NCBI GenBank assembly: GCA_038207335.1
Contig: JBBQZX010000001.1
Coordinates: forward strand, 256,001 to 320,000
Length of the DNA: 64,000 bases
DNA from: Chthoniobacterales bacterium
GTDB lineage: Bacteria; Verrucomicrobiota; Verrucomicrobiia; Chthoniobacterales; Chthoniobacteraceae
Direction: 5' to 3'
Part shown: positions 28,471 through 38,382 of the stretch, piece after piece
Numbering within the stretch: the first letter of the stretch is position 1
Layout of the letters: each line of letters starts with the position of its first letter
Position numbers and translations under genes: made by a program
Notes under the pieces: model-generated
The model's input: only the letters and a program-made list of their open reading frames with translations
What the model was told of the DNA's origin: nothing
Databases searched by the model: none

Positions 28471-29408
28471 ACGCCTTTCAGCTTTTCCCTGAACAGGCTT
28501 CCAGCGGTGCGCGAGAGGTCGATTGGCTGACGTTCGGTCTCGTAGCGGTGACTGGCTTCTACTTCCTTATCGTCTTCCTGCCGCTCGTCTATTTCTCGGT
28601 GAGGTATCGGGTCGGTTCAAAGGCCAGTCGCGAAAACCCTGCCCGCGGTTCGAACTTGATCGAGGCAAGCTGGACGATCATCCCGGCGATCATGTCGCTC
28701 GGTCTCTTTGGTTGGGGTGCTGCCGTCTATTTTCATCTCCGCAAAGCTCCCGCCGATGCCCTGCGGGTGAATGTCGTTGCAAAGCAGTGGATGTGGAAAC
28801 TTCAGCACGCCGAAGGCAAGCGAGAGATCAATGAACTGCACATCCCCATTGGACGCGCAGTGCGGCTCATAATGACGTCACAGGATGTCATTCACTCGTT
28901 CTTCGTTCCGGCATTTCGCGCGAAGCAGGATGTGATTCCGGGAACCTACACCTCCGAATGGTTCAAGCCGACACGCGCGGGCGAGTACCATCTCTTCTGC
29001 GCGGAGTATTGCGGCACGGAACACTCCCAGATGATCGGGCGCGTGGTGGTCATGCAACCGGCTGAATACCAGCGCTGGCTCACGGTCGGAAATGTCGATG
29101 TGTCAATGGTTGAGTCTGGCCGCCGGTTGTTCACACAGCTTGGTTGCAGTGGATGTCACATGGGAAGCGGTTCGGTCCGAGCGCCTCGACTCGAAGGGAT
29201 CTTCGGCAAGCCGGTGCCGGTTCAAGGCGACGGCTTCGTCGTGGCCGATGAGCGTTACATCCGCGACTCGATCCTCATGCCTGCCGCGCAGATTTCAGCA
29301 GGTTACGAGAATCTCATGCCGACCTTCAAAGGCCACATCACGGAGTCCGACCTGATGCAACTCATCGAGTATCTCCGCATCCTTTCCGCCGACGCCCCGC
29401 GACCATGA
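28467..29408 (+). CDS. coxB: Cytochrome c oxidase subunit II with fused cytochrome c (caa3 type)
   Basis: Two TM helices, QWMW, DVIHSF, CuA motif [12 protein letters not shown] and C-terminal CSGCH. Confidence 0.95.
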   Translation: MNAFQLFPEQASSGAREVDWLTFGLVAVTGFYFLIVFLPLVYFSVRYRVGSKASRENPARGSNLIEASWTIIPAIMSLGLFGWGAAVYFHLRKAPADALRVNVVAKQWMWKLQHAEGKREINELHIPIGRAVRLIMTSQDVIHSFFVPAFRAKQDVIPGTYTSEWFKPTRAGEYHLFCAEYCGTEHSQMIGRVVVMQPAEYQRWLTVGNVDVSMVESGRRLFTQLGCSGCHMGSGSVRAPRLEGIFGKPVPVQGDGFVVADERYIRDSILMPAAQISAGYENLMPTFKGHITESDLMQLIEYLRILSADAPRP

Positions 29409-31015
29409 GTTACCTCACGAAACAGACACTCCGCTCGTGGTTTTTCGCGACCGATCATAAGCGGATCGGCATCCTGTATCTCATCACGATCCTCTTCTTT
29501 TTTACTATTGCCAGCGTCGCCGCCGCGATGATGCGGATCGAGTTGATCACGCCGCAGGGTGACTTCGTGACCAATGAGACCTACAACAAGCTCTTCACGC
29601 TGCACGGCGTGCTCATGGTTTGGTTCTTCCTCATCCCATCCATCCCGGCGGTCCTCGGAAACTTCGTGCTACCGCTGATGCTCGGAGCGCGCGATGTCGC
29701 GTTCCCGAGGCTCAACCTGCTGAGCTGGTATATCTTCATCGCCGGGGGAACGCTGGCGCTTTGGTCACTGCTCCACGGCGGCGTTGACACGGGCTGGACA
29801 TTCTACACGCCGTACAGCTCGACCTATGCAAATGGCCACGTCGTCAGCATGGCGATGGGTATCTTCGTCGCGGGCCTCTCGTCGATTCTTACCGGGCTGA
29901 ACTTCATCGTGACGACGCATAAGATGCGCGCGCCCGGCCTCACTTGGTTCCGCCTCCCGCTCTTCGTTTGGTCATTGTATGCCACGGCCCTCATCATGGT
30001 GCTCGCGACTCCTGTCCTGGCCATCACGCTCGGCCTCGTGTGTCTGGAACGCTTCTGGGGCGTAGGCATCTTCGACCCGCGTCTCGGCGGCGATCCTGTG
30101 CTCTTCCAGCACTTGTTTTGGTTCTACTCGCACCCCGCAGTGTACATCATGATCCTCCCCGGCATGGGAGTCGTGAGCGAACTCATTACCTGCTTCGCGC
30201 GCAAGCGAGTGTTCGGTTACTCGTGGATAGCCTGCTCCAGCATGGCGATTGCATTGCTGGGGTTTGTGGTGTGGGGGCATCACATGTTTGTCACTAGCCA
30301 GTCGGTCTTCGCGGGCATCGTTTTCTCGCTGCTGAGTTACATGGTTTCGGTGCCATCCGCGATCAAGGTGTTCAACTGGACCGCGACTTTGCACAAAGGC
30401 TCGATCACCTTCGACACGCCGATGCTTTATGCACTCGGATTCATCGGATTGTTCACCATCGGCGGGCTCACGGGCTTGTTTCTCGCAGCGCTCGGCTTCG
30501 ATGTGCATGTGACTGACACTTACTTCGTCGTCGCGCATTTTCATTACATCATGGTCGGAGGAATGGTGATGGCCTTCATGGGCGGATTGCATTTCTGGTG
30601 GCCGAAGATCACGGGCCGGACCTTTCCAGAACTCACGGGAAAGATCGCGGCATGGACGACGTTTCTCGGCTTCAATCTCACGTTCTTCCCCCAGTTCATT
30701 CTCGGATACCTCGGGATGCCGCGCCGATACCATGCCTACCCGCCGGAGTTCCAGTTCTTCCACGTTCTTTCGACAGCGGGCGCGTCGATCCTGGCTGTGG
30801 GATACTTCATGCCTTTCTGCTATCTCCTTTGGTCGCTGAAGTGGGGCAGTGTCGCGACCTCGAATCCATGGAAAGCGACAGGACTGGAATGGCAGACACC
30901 TTCACCGCCGCCGGAACACAACTTTGCCGAAGTGCCGACGGTGTTGAATGGGCCTTACGACTACGATGCGGCGAAGAACACCTTTTGTCCGCAAACGGAG
31001 GAAGGCTATGTCTGA
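29405..31015 (+). CDS. coxA: Cytochrome c oxidase subunit I (A2-type)
   Basis: [16 protein letters not shown] (YS motif of the A2 subfamily), WGHHM, VAHFH and GMPRRY. Confidence 0.97.
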   Translation: MSYLTKQTLRSWFFATDHKRIGILYLITILFFFTIASVAAAMMRIELITPQGDFVTNETYNKLFTLHGVLMVWFFLIPSIPAVLGNFVLPLMLGARDVAFPRLNLLSWYIFIAGGTLALWSLLHGGVDTGWTFYTPYSSTYANGHVVSMAMGIFVAGLSSILTGLNFIVTTHKMRAPGLTWFRLPLFVWSLYATALIMVLATPVLAITLGLVCLERFWGVGIFDPRLGGDPVLFQHLFWFYSHPAVYIMILPGMGVVSELITCFARKRVFGYSWIACSSMAIALLGFVVWGHHMFVTSQSVFAGIVFSLLSYMVSVPSAIKVFNWTATLHKGSITFDTPMLYALGFIGLFTIGGLTGLFLAALGFDVHVTDTYFVVAHFHYIMVGGMVMAFMGGLHFWWPKITGRTFPELTGKIAAWTTFLGFNLTFFPQFILGYLGMPRRYHAYPPEFQFFHVLSTAGASILAVGYFMPFCYLLWSLKWGSVATSNPWKATGLEWQTPSPPPEHNFAEVPTVLNGPYDYDAAKNTFCPQTEEGYV

Positions 31016-31658
31016 CCGGCGCGCGGAGAGCGCGTTGAGCGATCAGTTCGAATCCGTCGAGCAACAGCACGGGGCCGACCTGTTCGGTATGTGGATTTTT
31101 CTCGCGACCGAAGTTATGTTCTTCGGCGGATTGCTTGTCGCGTACGCTGTGTATCGGCACGCCTATCCGCATGGCTTCGACCTCGCGAGCCACCGGCTTA
31201 GTGTGGTTTTCGGGACGGTGGATACTGCTGTCCTTCTTTGCAGCAGCCTCACGATGGTGCTAGCTGTGCGGGCGCTGCGACTGGGGCAGCGCCTGCCTTC
31301 GATCGCCCTCCTGCTTGCTACCGCGACGCTTGGGTGTGGATTTCTAGTTTTGCACGGCACGGAATACTACCACGAATGGCAGGAGCATCTCGTGCCCGGG
31401 CGATACTTTCAATTTGAAGGGCCGCATTTGACGGAGGCGCAGTTGTTCTTCTGGCTGTATTTCGCGCTCACGGGACTGCACAGCTTCCACGTCATCATCG
31501 GCGTCGTGCTCATGCTCGTCCTCGCAGCTTCGGTCTTCGAGCGGCGACTCGATGCCGAGCGTTACATTGCTTTGGAAGTGTCCGGCCTTTACTGGCACTT
31601 CGTCGATATCGTGTGGGTCTTCTTGTTCCCGCTGCTCTACCTGATTGGCCTACGCTGA
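31008..31658 (+). CDS. coxC: Cytochrome c oxidase subunit III
   Basis: [22 protein letters not shown] and [10 protein letters not shown]. Start set at ATG 31008 after a GGAGGAAGG RBS. Confidence 0.95.
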   Translation: MSDRRAESALSDQFESVEQQHGADLFGMWIFLATEVMFFGGLLVAYAVYRHAYPHGFDLASHRLSVVFGTVDTAVLLCSSLTMVLAVRALRLGQRLPSIALLLATATLGCGFLVLHGTEYYHEWQEHLVPGRYFQFEGPHLTEAQLFFWLYFALTGLHSFHVIIGVVLMLVLAASVFERRLDAERYIALEVSGLYWHFVDIVWVFLFPLLYLIGLR

Positions 31659-31667
31659 ACTCCTGCC

Positions 31668-31967
31668 ATGTCTGCGCCCATCGTCGCCATAAAGGTCTAT
31701 CTAAAGGTCTGGGGAGCATTGCTCCTCCTCCTTGCCCTGACAGTCGCCGCGGCTTACGTGCCGATGGGAGAATTCCATCTCCCGGTGGCGCTCGCGATTT
31801 CCGTGACGAAAGCCTTCCTCATCGTCTTCGTCTTCATGGAGATCAAATGGGGTGGAAGGTTGCTCCACCTCGCCGCCATCGCAGCGCTCCTCTGGCTGGC
31901 GATCTTCTTTGTCCTTACCTTCAACGACTACCTCACGCGCGACCTGCCGTCCGCACTCGTTCGATAA
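31668..31967 (+). CDS. Cytochrome c oxidase subunit IV family protein
   Basis: Three TM helices, KAFLIVFVFME and C-terminal DYLTR; last gene of the operon. Confidence 0.88.
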   Translation: MSAPIVAIKVYLKVWGALLLLLALTVAAAYVPMGEFHLPVALAISVTKAFLIVFVFMEIKWGGRLLHLAAIAALLWLAIFFVLTFNDYLTRDLPSALVR

Positions 31968-31986
31968 ATTGAATCATGGTTGAGGA

Positions 31987-34557
31987 ATGACGCCGCGATT
32001 TTTCACGCTGTTTCGCTGGCAGGTGCTGCGAGGCGTCGCGCGGCATCGGCTTCTCGCGGTCTTGAATGTCGTGAGCATCGCGCTCGGGATCGCGGTCTAT
32101 CTCGCGATCCAGATCACGAATGAGAGCGCGAATCGGTCGTTCGCCGCGAGCGTCGATCTTGTCGCGGGAAAAGCGCAGCTCGAGGTGTCGGGCGAGATCG
32201 ATGAGACGCTGTGGCCACGGATCGCCCACGCGCCCGGCATCCGCGCAGCGACACCGGTGGTGCGCGGCGTCGTCGTGCTGCCGGATGTCCCCGGCGAATA
32301 TTTGCAGATCGTCGGTGTGGATTGGTTCACGAATGGGCCGTTCCGCACGTTTGCGCCTGGCGCGGAAATGCCTGGTTTCGATTTTGAAAAGTGGCTCGCG
32401 ACTCCCGGCGGTGTCGCGATCTCGAAGGAATTTGCGGAACGCAATCGACTTGCGATCGGCGACAGCATCCGTGTGCTGGCGAATAGCGCGTCGAGATTTC
32501 TCACGGTCCTTGCGGTGCTGGAGCCTGGCGACTCGCTCGCCGCGACGCAGCCACGCTTCGCCGCGATGGATATCGGGTGGGCGCAGGAGCTCTTCGATAC
32601 GCAGGGCCGGCTGTCGTCGATCCCGCTCATCCTGGACGGGCCAGCGCGCGCGACGGAGGCCGCGGATGTGGTTCGGCAGATGATTCCCGGGTCATTGACG
32701 GTGGAGGCGCCGCGGCAGCGGAGCTTTCAGATGCAGCACATGCTCGCCGCATTTCAGCTCAATCTCAGCGCGCTCAGCATGGTCTCGCTGCTCGTCGGGA
32801 CGTTCCTCATTTACACCTCCGTCTCGGCGAATGTGACGCGCCGCCGCGTGGAGATCGGCACGCTCCGCGCGCTTGGCGCGACGCGGATGGAGGTGCGCTG
32901 CTTGTTTCTCGGCGAGGCGTTTTTCTTCGGAGCCGTGGGAATCGCGGTCGGCAGCCTTTGCGGCGTGCTGCTCTCGCACTCGCTCATCGGCGCGGTGGCA
33001 AAGACTATCTCGTCGCTCTACCTGCTCGTCAGCATCGACCACGCGCACCTCGGCGCAGTGCAAATCATCATTGCCGGTGCGCTCGGTTTCGCGGCGGTTT
33101 TTGCGGGCGCGTGGCTGCCCGCGAGTGAGGCGGCGGGGGTCGATCCGATCACGGCGCTGAGCCGCGGCGCGCACGCGGGAGCGCCGCCGGAGCGGGTGCG
33201 GAATGGGTCGTGGCTCGGCGCGTTTTTGCTTCTTGGCGCGACGGTTGCGTCATGGATCGCGCTGCAAAATGGTCCGCCGGCGGCGAGTTTCGCAGCGGCG
33301 TTTTTCGTCCTAGCGGCATTCGCGACCTTATCGCCCGGTGCGGCGGTGATCTTCAGCCGAGCCGCTTCTGCGCTTGTTTCCGGGACGATCGTGCTGCGCC
33401 TCGCGGCTGAAAATCTGGGTCGATCGCTGCGAAGGAACGGCATCACGATCGCAGCGCTTTCCTGCGCAGTCGCGATGATGACGGGGCTGACGATCATGAT
33501 CTTTTCCTTCCGCAGCAGCGTCGATGCGTGGGTCTCACGCGGCGTGGTCGCCGACCTTTTCATCGCGCCGGCGTCCAATGAAGCCATCGGCCTCGACGCG
33601 TTCGTCCCGTCCGCCGCGATCGACTGGCTCCGCGCGCGCCCGGGGGTGTCTGGCGTCGATACGTTCCGCGAAATCCAAGTGACGCCGGAGACGGCGGGCG
33701 TGGGCGGCGCCGAGCGATTCGCGGCACGGCTCGCGGTGATCGGCGGGCAGTATCGCAGCAACATGGAATTCGACGGCGGCGGCGCCGCAGAGAAAATGGG
33801 ACGCGTTTTTCGAGGCGAGGCGGTCGCGGTGACGGAGAGCTTTGCGCGCAAATTTCGCGTCGGCGCCGGAGACTCGATAGCGGTCGCGACCCCGCGCGGG
33901 CGACAGGAGTTCAAGATCGCCGGGGTGTATGCCGACTACACGCGCGATCAAGGCGTGATCCTCATCGCGCGTCTGTTGTTCGAGAAATTTTGGGACGATC
34001 CGCGAGTTCAGTCGCTGGCCATCTACCTCGCCCCGGGCGCTGCCGCGGAAAATGTGGCGGAAGCGTTTCGCGTCCAGTTCAACGGGGCGGGGGAGTTTGC
34101 GATCTACTCGAATCGCGACCTTCGCCGCCGCATTCTCACGATTTTCGACCAGACATTCGCGGTGACCTACATCCTCCGCACGGTCGCCGTGCTGGTTGCG
34201 TTCGTCGGCATTTTCCTCAGCGTCACGACGCTCGTTACTGAACGCGCGCGGGAGATAGGTGTACTGCGAGCGATTGGCGCATCGGGCGCGCAGATTCAGG
34301 GCTTGTTCATGGCCGAGTCGGCAATGATCGGCGCACTCGCGAGCGGGCTTGGGCTGGTGTCCGGCGCGCTGCTCGCAGTAGTTCTCACGCGAGTGGTGAA
34401 CCCCGCGTTCTTCGGATGGACCATTGCGCTCCGCGTTCCGTGGAAAGCGCTAATCCTGACGCCGATGTGGATCGTTCCCGCAGCCATCGCAGCGGCGTGG
34501 CTGCCCGCGAACCGCGCCACGCGCAGCATGATCGCGGAAACGATCCGGGAGGAGTGA
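31987..34557 (+). CDS. ABC transporter permease, duplicated FtsX/MacB-like domains
   Basis: Two permease halves with RRVEIGTLRALG and RAREIGVLRAIG; large periplasmic domains. Confidence 0.9.
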   Translation: MTPRFFTLFRWQVLRGVARHRLLAVLNVVSIALGIAVYLAIQITNESANRSFAASVDLVAGKAQLEVSGEIDETLWPRIAHAPGIRAATPVVRGVVVLPDVPGEYLQIVGVDWFTNGPFRTFAPGAEMPGFDFEKWLATPGGVAISKEFAERNRLAIGDSIRVLANSASRFLTVLAVLEPGDSLAATQPRFAAMDIGWAQELFDTQGRLSSIPLILDGPARATEAADVVRQMIPGSLTVEAPRQRSFQMQHMLAAFQLNLSALSMVSLLVGTFLIYTSVSANVTRRRVEIGTLRALGATRMEVRCLFLGEAFFFGAVGIAVGSLCGVLLSHSLIGAVAKTISSLYLLVSIDHAHLGAVQIIIAGALGFAAVFAGAWLPASEAAGVDPITALSRGAHAGAPPERVRNGSWLGAFLLLGATVASWIALQNGPPAASFAAAFFVLAAFATLSPGAAVIFSRAASALVSGTIVLRLAAENLGRSLRRNGITIAALSCAVAMMTGLTIMIFSFRSSVDAWVSRGVVADLFIAPASNEAIGLDAFVPSAAIDWLRARPGVSGVDTFREIQVTPETAGVGGAERFAARLAVIGGQYRSNMEFDGGGAAEKMGRVFRGEAVAVTESFARKFRVGAGDSIAVATPRGRQEFKIAGVYADYTRDQGVILIARLLFEKFWDDPRVQSLAIYLAPGAAAENVAEAFRVQFNGAGEFAIYSNRDLRRRILTIFDQTFAVTYILRTVAVLVAFVGIFLSVTTLVTERAREIGVLRAIGASGAQIQGLFMAESAMIGALASGLGLVSGALLAVVLTRVVNPAFFGWTIALRVPWKALILTPMWIVPAAIAAAWLPANRATRSMIAETIREE

Positions 34558-34721
34558 ACGAACGCCACCGAATGCAATACCGCGATGTCGGTGCCTCGCT
34601 GTCAGAACGGCGCGACCCATCCCGCAGTGGAACGAAGAGGGCAGTGACACCGATGCTGCGGTGCCTTCCAGGCGAATTTTTTAGCGCGGTTGCGCCGCCG
34701 GACCTTCTCCGGCAAACTCCG

Positions 34722-34985
34722 TTACGCCTGCTTCGCGAGCGCTTTGCTCATGGCGCTCTTGTGGCGCGCGGCGGAATTGCGATGCACGCGGCCGCTTTTG
34801 ACCGCTTTGTCGATGGACGAGATGAACGCCTGGGCCGCCGTTTTCGCCGACGCTTTATCCGTCCCGGAAACCGAGGTGCGCGCCGTCTTGAGGCGGTTCT
34901 TCACGCCGGTGAGGGCACGGCGATTCTGGAGAGTTTTGCGCTCGGTTTGGCGGGCGCGTTTGGCGGCGGATTTCGTGTTGGCCAT
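34722..34985 (-). CDS. rpsT: 30S ribosomal protein S20
   Basis: MANTKSAAKRARQ...IDKAVKSGRVHRNSAARHKS. Confidence 0.98.
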   Translation of the reverse strand: MANTKSAAKRARQTERKTLQNRRALTGVKNRLKTARTSVSGTDKASAKTAAQAFISSIDKAVKSGRVHRNSAARHKSAMSKALAKQA

Positions 34986-35012
34986 AGGTCGGATTTTTGG
35001 AAAAGGGACGGG

Positions 35013-35040
35013 AGCGTAGCGGGCGTGCCCTCCTTGTCAA
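35013..35040 (-). promoter_or_regulatory. Sigma70-type promoter for rpsT
   Basis: Minus-strand TTGACA (35040-35035), 16-bp spacer, TACGCT (35018-35013), about 30 bp upstream of the ATG. Confidence 0.55.
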
Positions 35041-35109
35041 CGCGCCTTCTGCGTGCGCGGGTGAAAATCTCCTCTTCGTTCCAGCGCGCGGGCCGGGCTA
35101 CCGTGCGGC

Positions 35110-35673
35110 GTGCTTCATTTTCGACCACTCATCCTCGTTGCGGCGCTGGCGTTTGCGGGGTGCGCGCGGGATCGCATTCACACTGTGCGCGTCAGCATTC
35201 CCGATCAAAAGATGCTCGTCACGGAACGCGGCGTGCCGATCGCGCGATACGATGTCTCGACCTCAAAGTTTGGGCTGGGCGACCGGCCGGGCAGTTGTGC
35301 AACGCCGCTCGGTGCGCTCGAGATCGCGAAGAAAATCGGGAACGGAGCGCCGCTCGGGATGAAATTCAAAGACCGCAAACCGACTGGAGAGATCGTGCCT
35401 GCCGATGCGCCGGGGCGCGATCCGATCGTCACGCGCATTCTATGGCTGAGGGGGTTGGAGCCGCAAAATCACGCGGCGTATGCGCGAACGATTTACATCC
35501 ACGGCACGGCGGAGGAGGCGAAGATCGGCACGCCTGCGAGCTACGGCTGCATTCGGATGCGGTCGCGAGATGTCGTCTCGCTTTTCAATACGCTCGGCGT
35601 CGGCGCGCGGGTGGAGATCACGACCGACCCGCTCCCGCCGGTCGGCGAGATCGCTGCACAACCGGCCCGATGA
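35110..35673 (+). CDS. L,D-transpeptidase (YkuD family) lipoprotein
   Basis: Lipobox FAGC; catalytic motif IYIHGT...SYGCIRM. Confidence 0.9.
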   Translation: MLHFRPLILVAALAFAGCARDRIHTVRVSIPDQKMLVTERGVPIARYDVSTSKFGLGDRPGSCATPLGALEIAKKIGNGAPLGMKFKDRKPTGEIVPADAPGRDPIVTRILWLRGLEPQNHAAYARTIYIHGTAEEAKIGTPASYGCIRMRSRDVVSLFNTLGVGARVEITTDPLPPVGEIAAQPAR

Positions 35674-36239
35674 CGCCCACCAACGAAGTCGCGTCGCGGC
35701 TCTGCGCGGGCTGCGGGATGTGCTGCGACGGCTCCATTTTCCACACCGTCCGGCTCCAGCCACTCGACTCGGCAAAGGCGCTCGCTGCGCTCGGGCTGAA
35801 GCTCAAACGCAAGAACAAGCGCACGCTCATCCAGCAGCCGTGCCCGGCGTATCGTGAGTGCCGGTGTTCGATTTACGCGGCGCGTCCTGAGCGGTGCCGG
35901 CTCTTCGTCTGCCAGCAGCTCGAGCGCGTGGCTGCGGGGCAGGCGAGCGAGGCTGAGGCTGCGGAGAAAATCCGTGAAGCGTTCGCGCAGATCGCGAATC
36001 TCCACGCGCTCTTTCGCCGGGCAGGCGAGGTGAAGGCGAAAGGCCCGCTCACCGTTCGCGCCGAAAAACTCCTCGCCGTCCCGCTCGATTCCTCCGATGA
36101 AAATGCCGTCGCGCTGCGCGAGGAACTCGCCCGTTCGCTCGCGGATTTCGAGTCGCTGATCGAGCGCGATTTTCGCCCGAAATGCCTATCCGCGACCGAA
36201 ACTCCGACTCAATCGGCAACCGAAACGCGGGAGCCGTAA
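35670..36239 (+). CDS. YkgJ-family (CxxCxxCC) cysteine-cluster protein
   Basis: CAGCGMCCDG...QPCP...CSIYAARPERCRLFVC. Start set at ATG 35670 (ATGA overlap); the upstream part of the 607-aa ORF is spurious. Confidence 0.85.
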   Translation: MTPTNEVASRLCAGCGMCCDGSIFHTVRLQPLDSAKALAALGLKLKRKNKRTLIQQPCPAYRECRCSIYAARPERCRLFVCQQLERVAAGQASEAEAAEKIREAFAQIANLHALFRRAGEVKAKGPLTVRAEKLLAVPLDSSDENAVALREELARSLADFESLIERDFRPKCLSATETPTQSATETREP

Positions 36240-36246
36240 ATCCCCG

Positions 36247-36507
36247 TCACGCCTCCGGCGGTTCCACGATTTCCAATAGTGCGCGCTCTCCATGCCGCGC
36301 CGCTGCGGCTGCCAGCAGATTGCGGATCGCGATGATCGTGTGCCCGTGTTTGCCGACGACTTTCCCGATGTCGCTCTGGCGCAGACGCAGTTTGAAAACC
36401 GCCTTTTTCGGCCCTGCTTCGGTCTTCACGAGGATCATCTCCTCGGGAAAGTCGATGAGTTGCCGCAGCACGTATCCGAGGAATTCGAGCATGGCGGCTT
36501 GGTGCAT
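36247..36507 (-). CDS. khpA: KH-domain RNA-binding protein KhpA
   Basis: DIGKVVGKHGHTI (GxxG loop); conserved position after rpsP. Confidence 0.88.
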   Translation of the reverse strand: MHQAAMLEFLGYVLRQLIDFPEEMILVKTEAGPKKAVFKLRLRQSDIGKVVGKHGHTIIAIRNLLAAAAARHGERALLEIVEPPEA

Positions 36508-36542
36508 AAAAATCTCCTCGTCCCGAAACGAGCGCGTGCGAA

Positions 36543-36806
36543 TTACTTCGCCGTCTCAGCCGCAGGCGTGGCCTTGCGGATGCGCTTGATGAGGCTGCGG
36601 ACGGTGTCGCTCGGCTGCGCGCCTTTGCTGATCCAGTAGTCGGCGCGCGAGACGTCGATGTTCGCGTTGTCGCCGGCTTTCTTCGGATCGTAGTTGCCGA
36701 TGATCTCGATGAATTTGCCATCGCGCGGACTGCGCTGATCGGCGACGACGACTTTGTAATACGGATGATTGAGGGCGCCTTCGCGGCGGAGACGGATGCT
36801 GACCAT
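36543..36806 (-). CDS. rpsP: 30S ribosomal protein S16
   Basis: MVSIRLRREG...RSPRDGKFIE...GAQPSDTV. Confidence 0.98.
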   Translation of the reverse strand: MVSIRLRREGALNHPYYKVVVADQRSPRDGKFIEIIGNYDPKKAGDNANIDVSRADYWISKGAQPSDTVRSLIKRIRKATPAAETAK

Positions 36807-36844
36807 GTTCGTGTTTTCTGCGGGTTGGTTTGTTTGGGTAAAAT

Positions 36845-38179
36845 TTACTGCGGCAGTTTGAAGCGTTTTGCAGCGCCGGGGCGCGACATCATTTTCTTCA
36901 TCCGGCCCATGTCTTTCATCATCTTCCTCATTTGGCCGAAGCGCTGGATGAGGTCGTTGACTTCTGTGACCGAGGAACCGCTTCCGCGGGCGATTCGCTG
37001 GCGGCGACGGGCATTCAAAATGTCCGGGTTGGTTCGCTCGTCCAGCGTCATCGAAAGCACAATGGCTTCGACCCGCTTCATCTGTTTCTCGTCCACCGAA
37101 AAGCCCTTTAGATTAGACATCCCCGGCAACATGCCAAGGATATTTTCCAGCGGCCCGAGTTTCTTGAGCATTTTGAACTGCGCGAGGAAGTCGTTTAGGT
37201 CGAACGACGCCGTCCGCATTTTCTCCTCCATGCGCCGCGCCTCGTCCTCGTCGATCATCTGCGCCGCCTTCTCGACGAGCCCCACGATGTCGCCCATCCC
37301 GAGGATTCGCCCCGCGAGCCGCTCCGGGTGGAAAGGCTCGAACTGCTCGATCTTCTCGCCGATGCCGCCAAATTTGATCGGCCGCTGCGTCACCTCGCGC
37401 ATCGATAGCGCCGCGCCTCCGCGTGCATCGCCGTCGAGCTTCGTGAGCACGAGCCCGGTGATATCGAGCGCCTCGTGGAAGTGCGTGGCCACGCTCACCG
37501 CCTGCTGTCCCGTGGCCGCGTCGGCGACGAGCAGCACTTCGTTTGGATTTAGGAATTCCCGCAGTCGTTTCAGCTCCTCGACCAGCACGGTGTCGATTTC
37601 CTGCCGCCCGGCGGTGTCGTAAATCTGCACGTTTCCCGGCTGCTCTTTCGTCCACTCGACAGCCGCGCGCGCGTTTCGCAGCACATCGGTTTCGCCCGGA
37701 GCGGGGATGAAAACGGGGACACCGATTTGCCTGCCGAGCGTCGCGAGTTGTTCGATCGCAGCGGGGCGGTAAAGATCGCACGCAATCAGCAGCGGCGCGC
37801 GTCCCTGCTTTTTCAAATAGGCTGCGAGCTTTGCGGACGAAGTCGTTTTGCCCGCGCCATTGAGTCCGACCATCAGGATGCGCGCCGGCTTGTCGAGATT
37901 CAGCGGCGACTCGTCGCCGCCGAGGAGCGCGGTGAGTTCGTCGTGGAAAATCTTCACGATCTGCTGCCCCGGCGACACGCTCCTCAGCACTTCCTCGCCG
38001 AGCGCCTTGTCCTTCACTCTCGCGATGAATCCCTTCGCGACGTTGAAATCCACGTCCGCTTCCAGCAGCGCCATCCGCACCGCCCGCATCGCATCCGTGA
38101 TATTCGTCTCCGTGATTTTCCCAAGGCCCCGAAGGTCCTTGAAAACGTCCTGAAGTTTATCGGCGAGCAGTGAAAACAT
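36845..38179 (-). CDS. ffh: Signal recognition particle protein
   Basis: ALLEADV, GLNGAGKTT, DTAGR, TKLDGDARGG and RILGMGD; Met-rich M domain with RRQRIARGSG. Confidence 0.98.
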   Translation of the reverse strand: MFSLLADKLQDVFKDLRGLGKITETNITDAMRAVRMALLEADVDFNVAKGFIARVKDKALGEEVLRSVSPGQQIVKIFHDELTALLGGDESPLNLDKPARILMVGLNGAGKTTSSAKLAAYLKKQGRAPLLIACDLYRPAAIEQLATLGRQIGVPVFIPAPGETDVLRNARAAVEWTKEQPGNVQIYDTAGRQEIDTVLVEELKRLREFLNPNEVLLVADAATGQQAVSVATHFHEALDITGLVLTKLDGDARGGAALSMREVTQRPIKFGGIGEKIEQFEPFHPERLAGRILGMGDIVGLVEKAAQMIDEDEARRMEEKMRTASFDLNDFLAQFKMLKKLGPLENILGMLPGMSNLKGFSVDEKQMKRVEAIVLSMTLDERTNPDILNARRRQRIARGSGSSVTEVNDLIQRFGQMRKMMKDMGRMKKMMSRPGAAKRFKLPQ

Positions 38180-38246
38180 GGAAAAGGGCGCGGACTTTAA
38201 ACCGGAAACGCGTGAAGTCGAGCGACTGCTCGCGGGGCGTGTTCTT

Positions 38247-38355
38247 CACCGTCTAGGTGCAGAGGAGCGGAGGGATACGCTGAACGGCGCGAACTACGGG
38301 GACTTTTGTCTCCGCATCGCCACGTCCCCTCTCTGTGTCTCCGCGCCTCGGCGGC
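38247..38355. repeat. Degenerate inverted-repeat (REP/MITE-like) element
   Basis: Left arm caccgtctaggtgcagaggagcggaggg pairs imperfectly with right arm ctctctgtgtctccgcgcctcggcggc; intergenic between the sulfatase gene and ffh. Confidence 0.45.
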
Positions 38356-38382
38356 TTCATTCCAATCGCCGCTGGCAGAAGA

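Noticed and set aside
34558..34721. Possible ncRNA or riboswitch between the permease gene and rpsT
   Set aside because: It lies between convergent 3' ends, with only a short hairpin and no recognisable RNA family motif.
34416..35669. N-terminal ~418 aa of the 607-aa ORF
   Set aside because: Overlaps rpsT and the L,D-transpeptidase gene; only the C-terminal YkgJ-like part from 35670 is credible.
36189..36232. Short duplication (SATETPTQ / SATETREP) at the end of the YkgJ-like gene
   Set aside because: Only two imperfect 24-bp copies in a disordered tail; too little to interpret.
38180..38382. Possible SRP (4.5S) RNA beside ffh
   Set aside because: No recognisable SRP domain IV motif; the region is better explained as a decayed inverted repeat plus a promoter.
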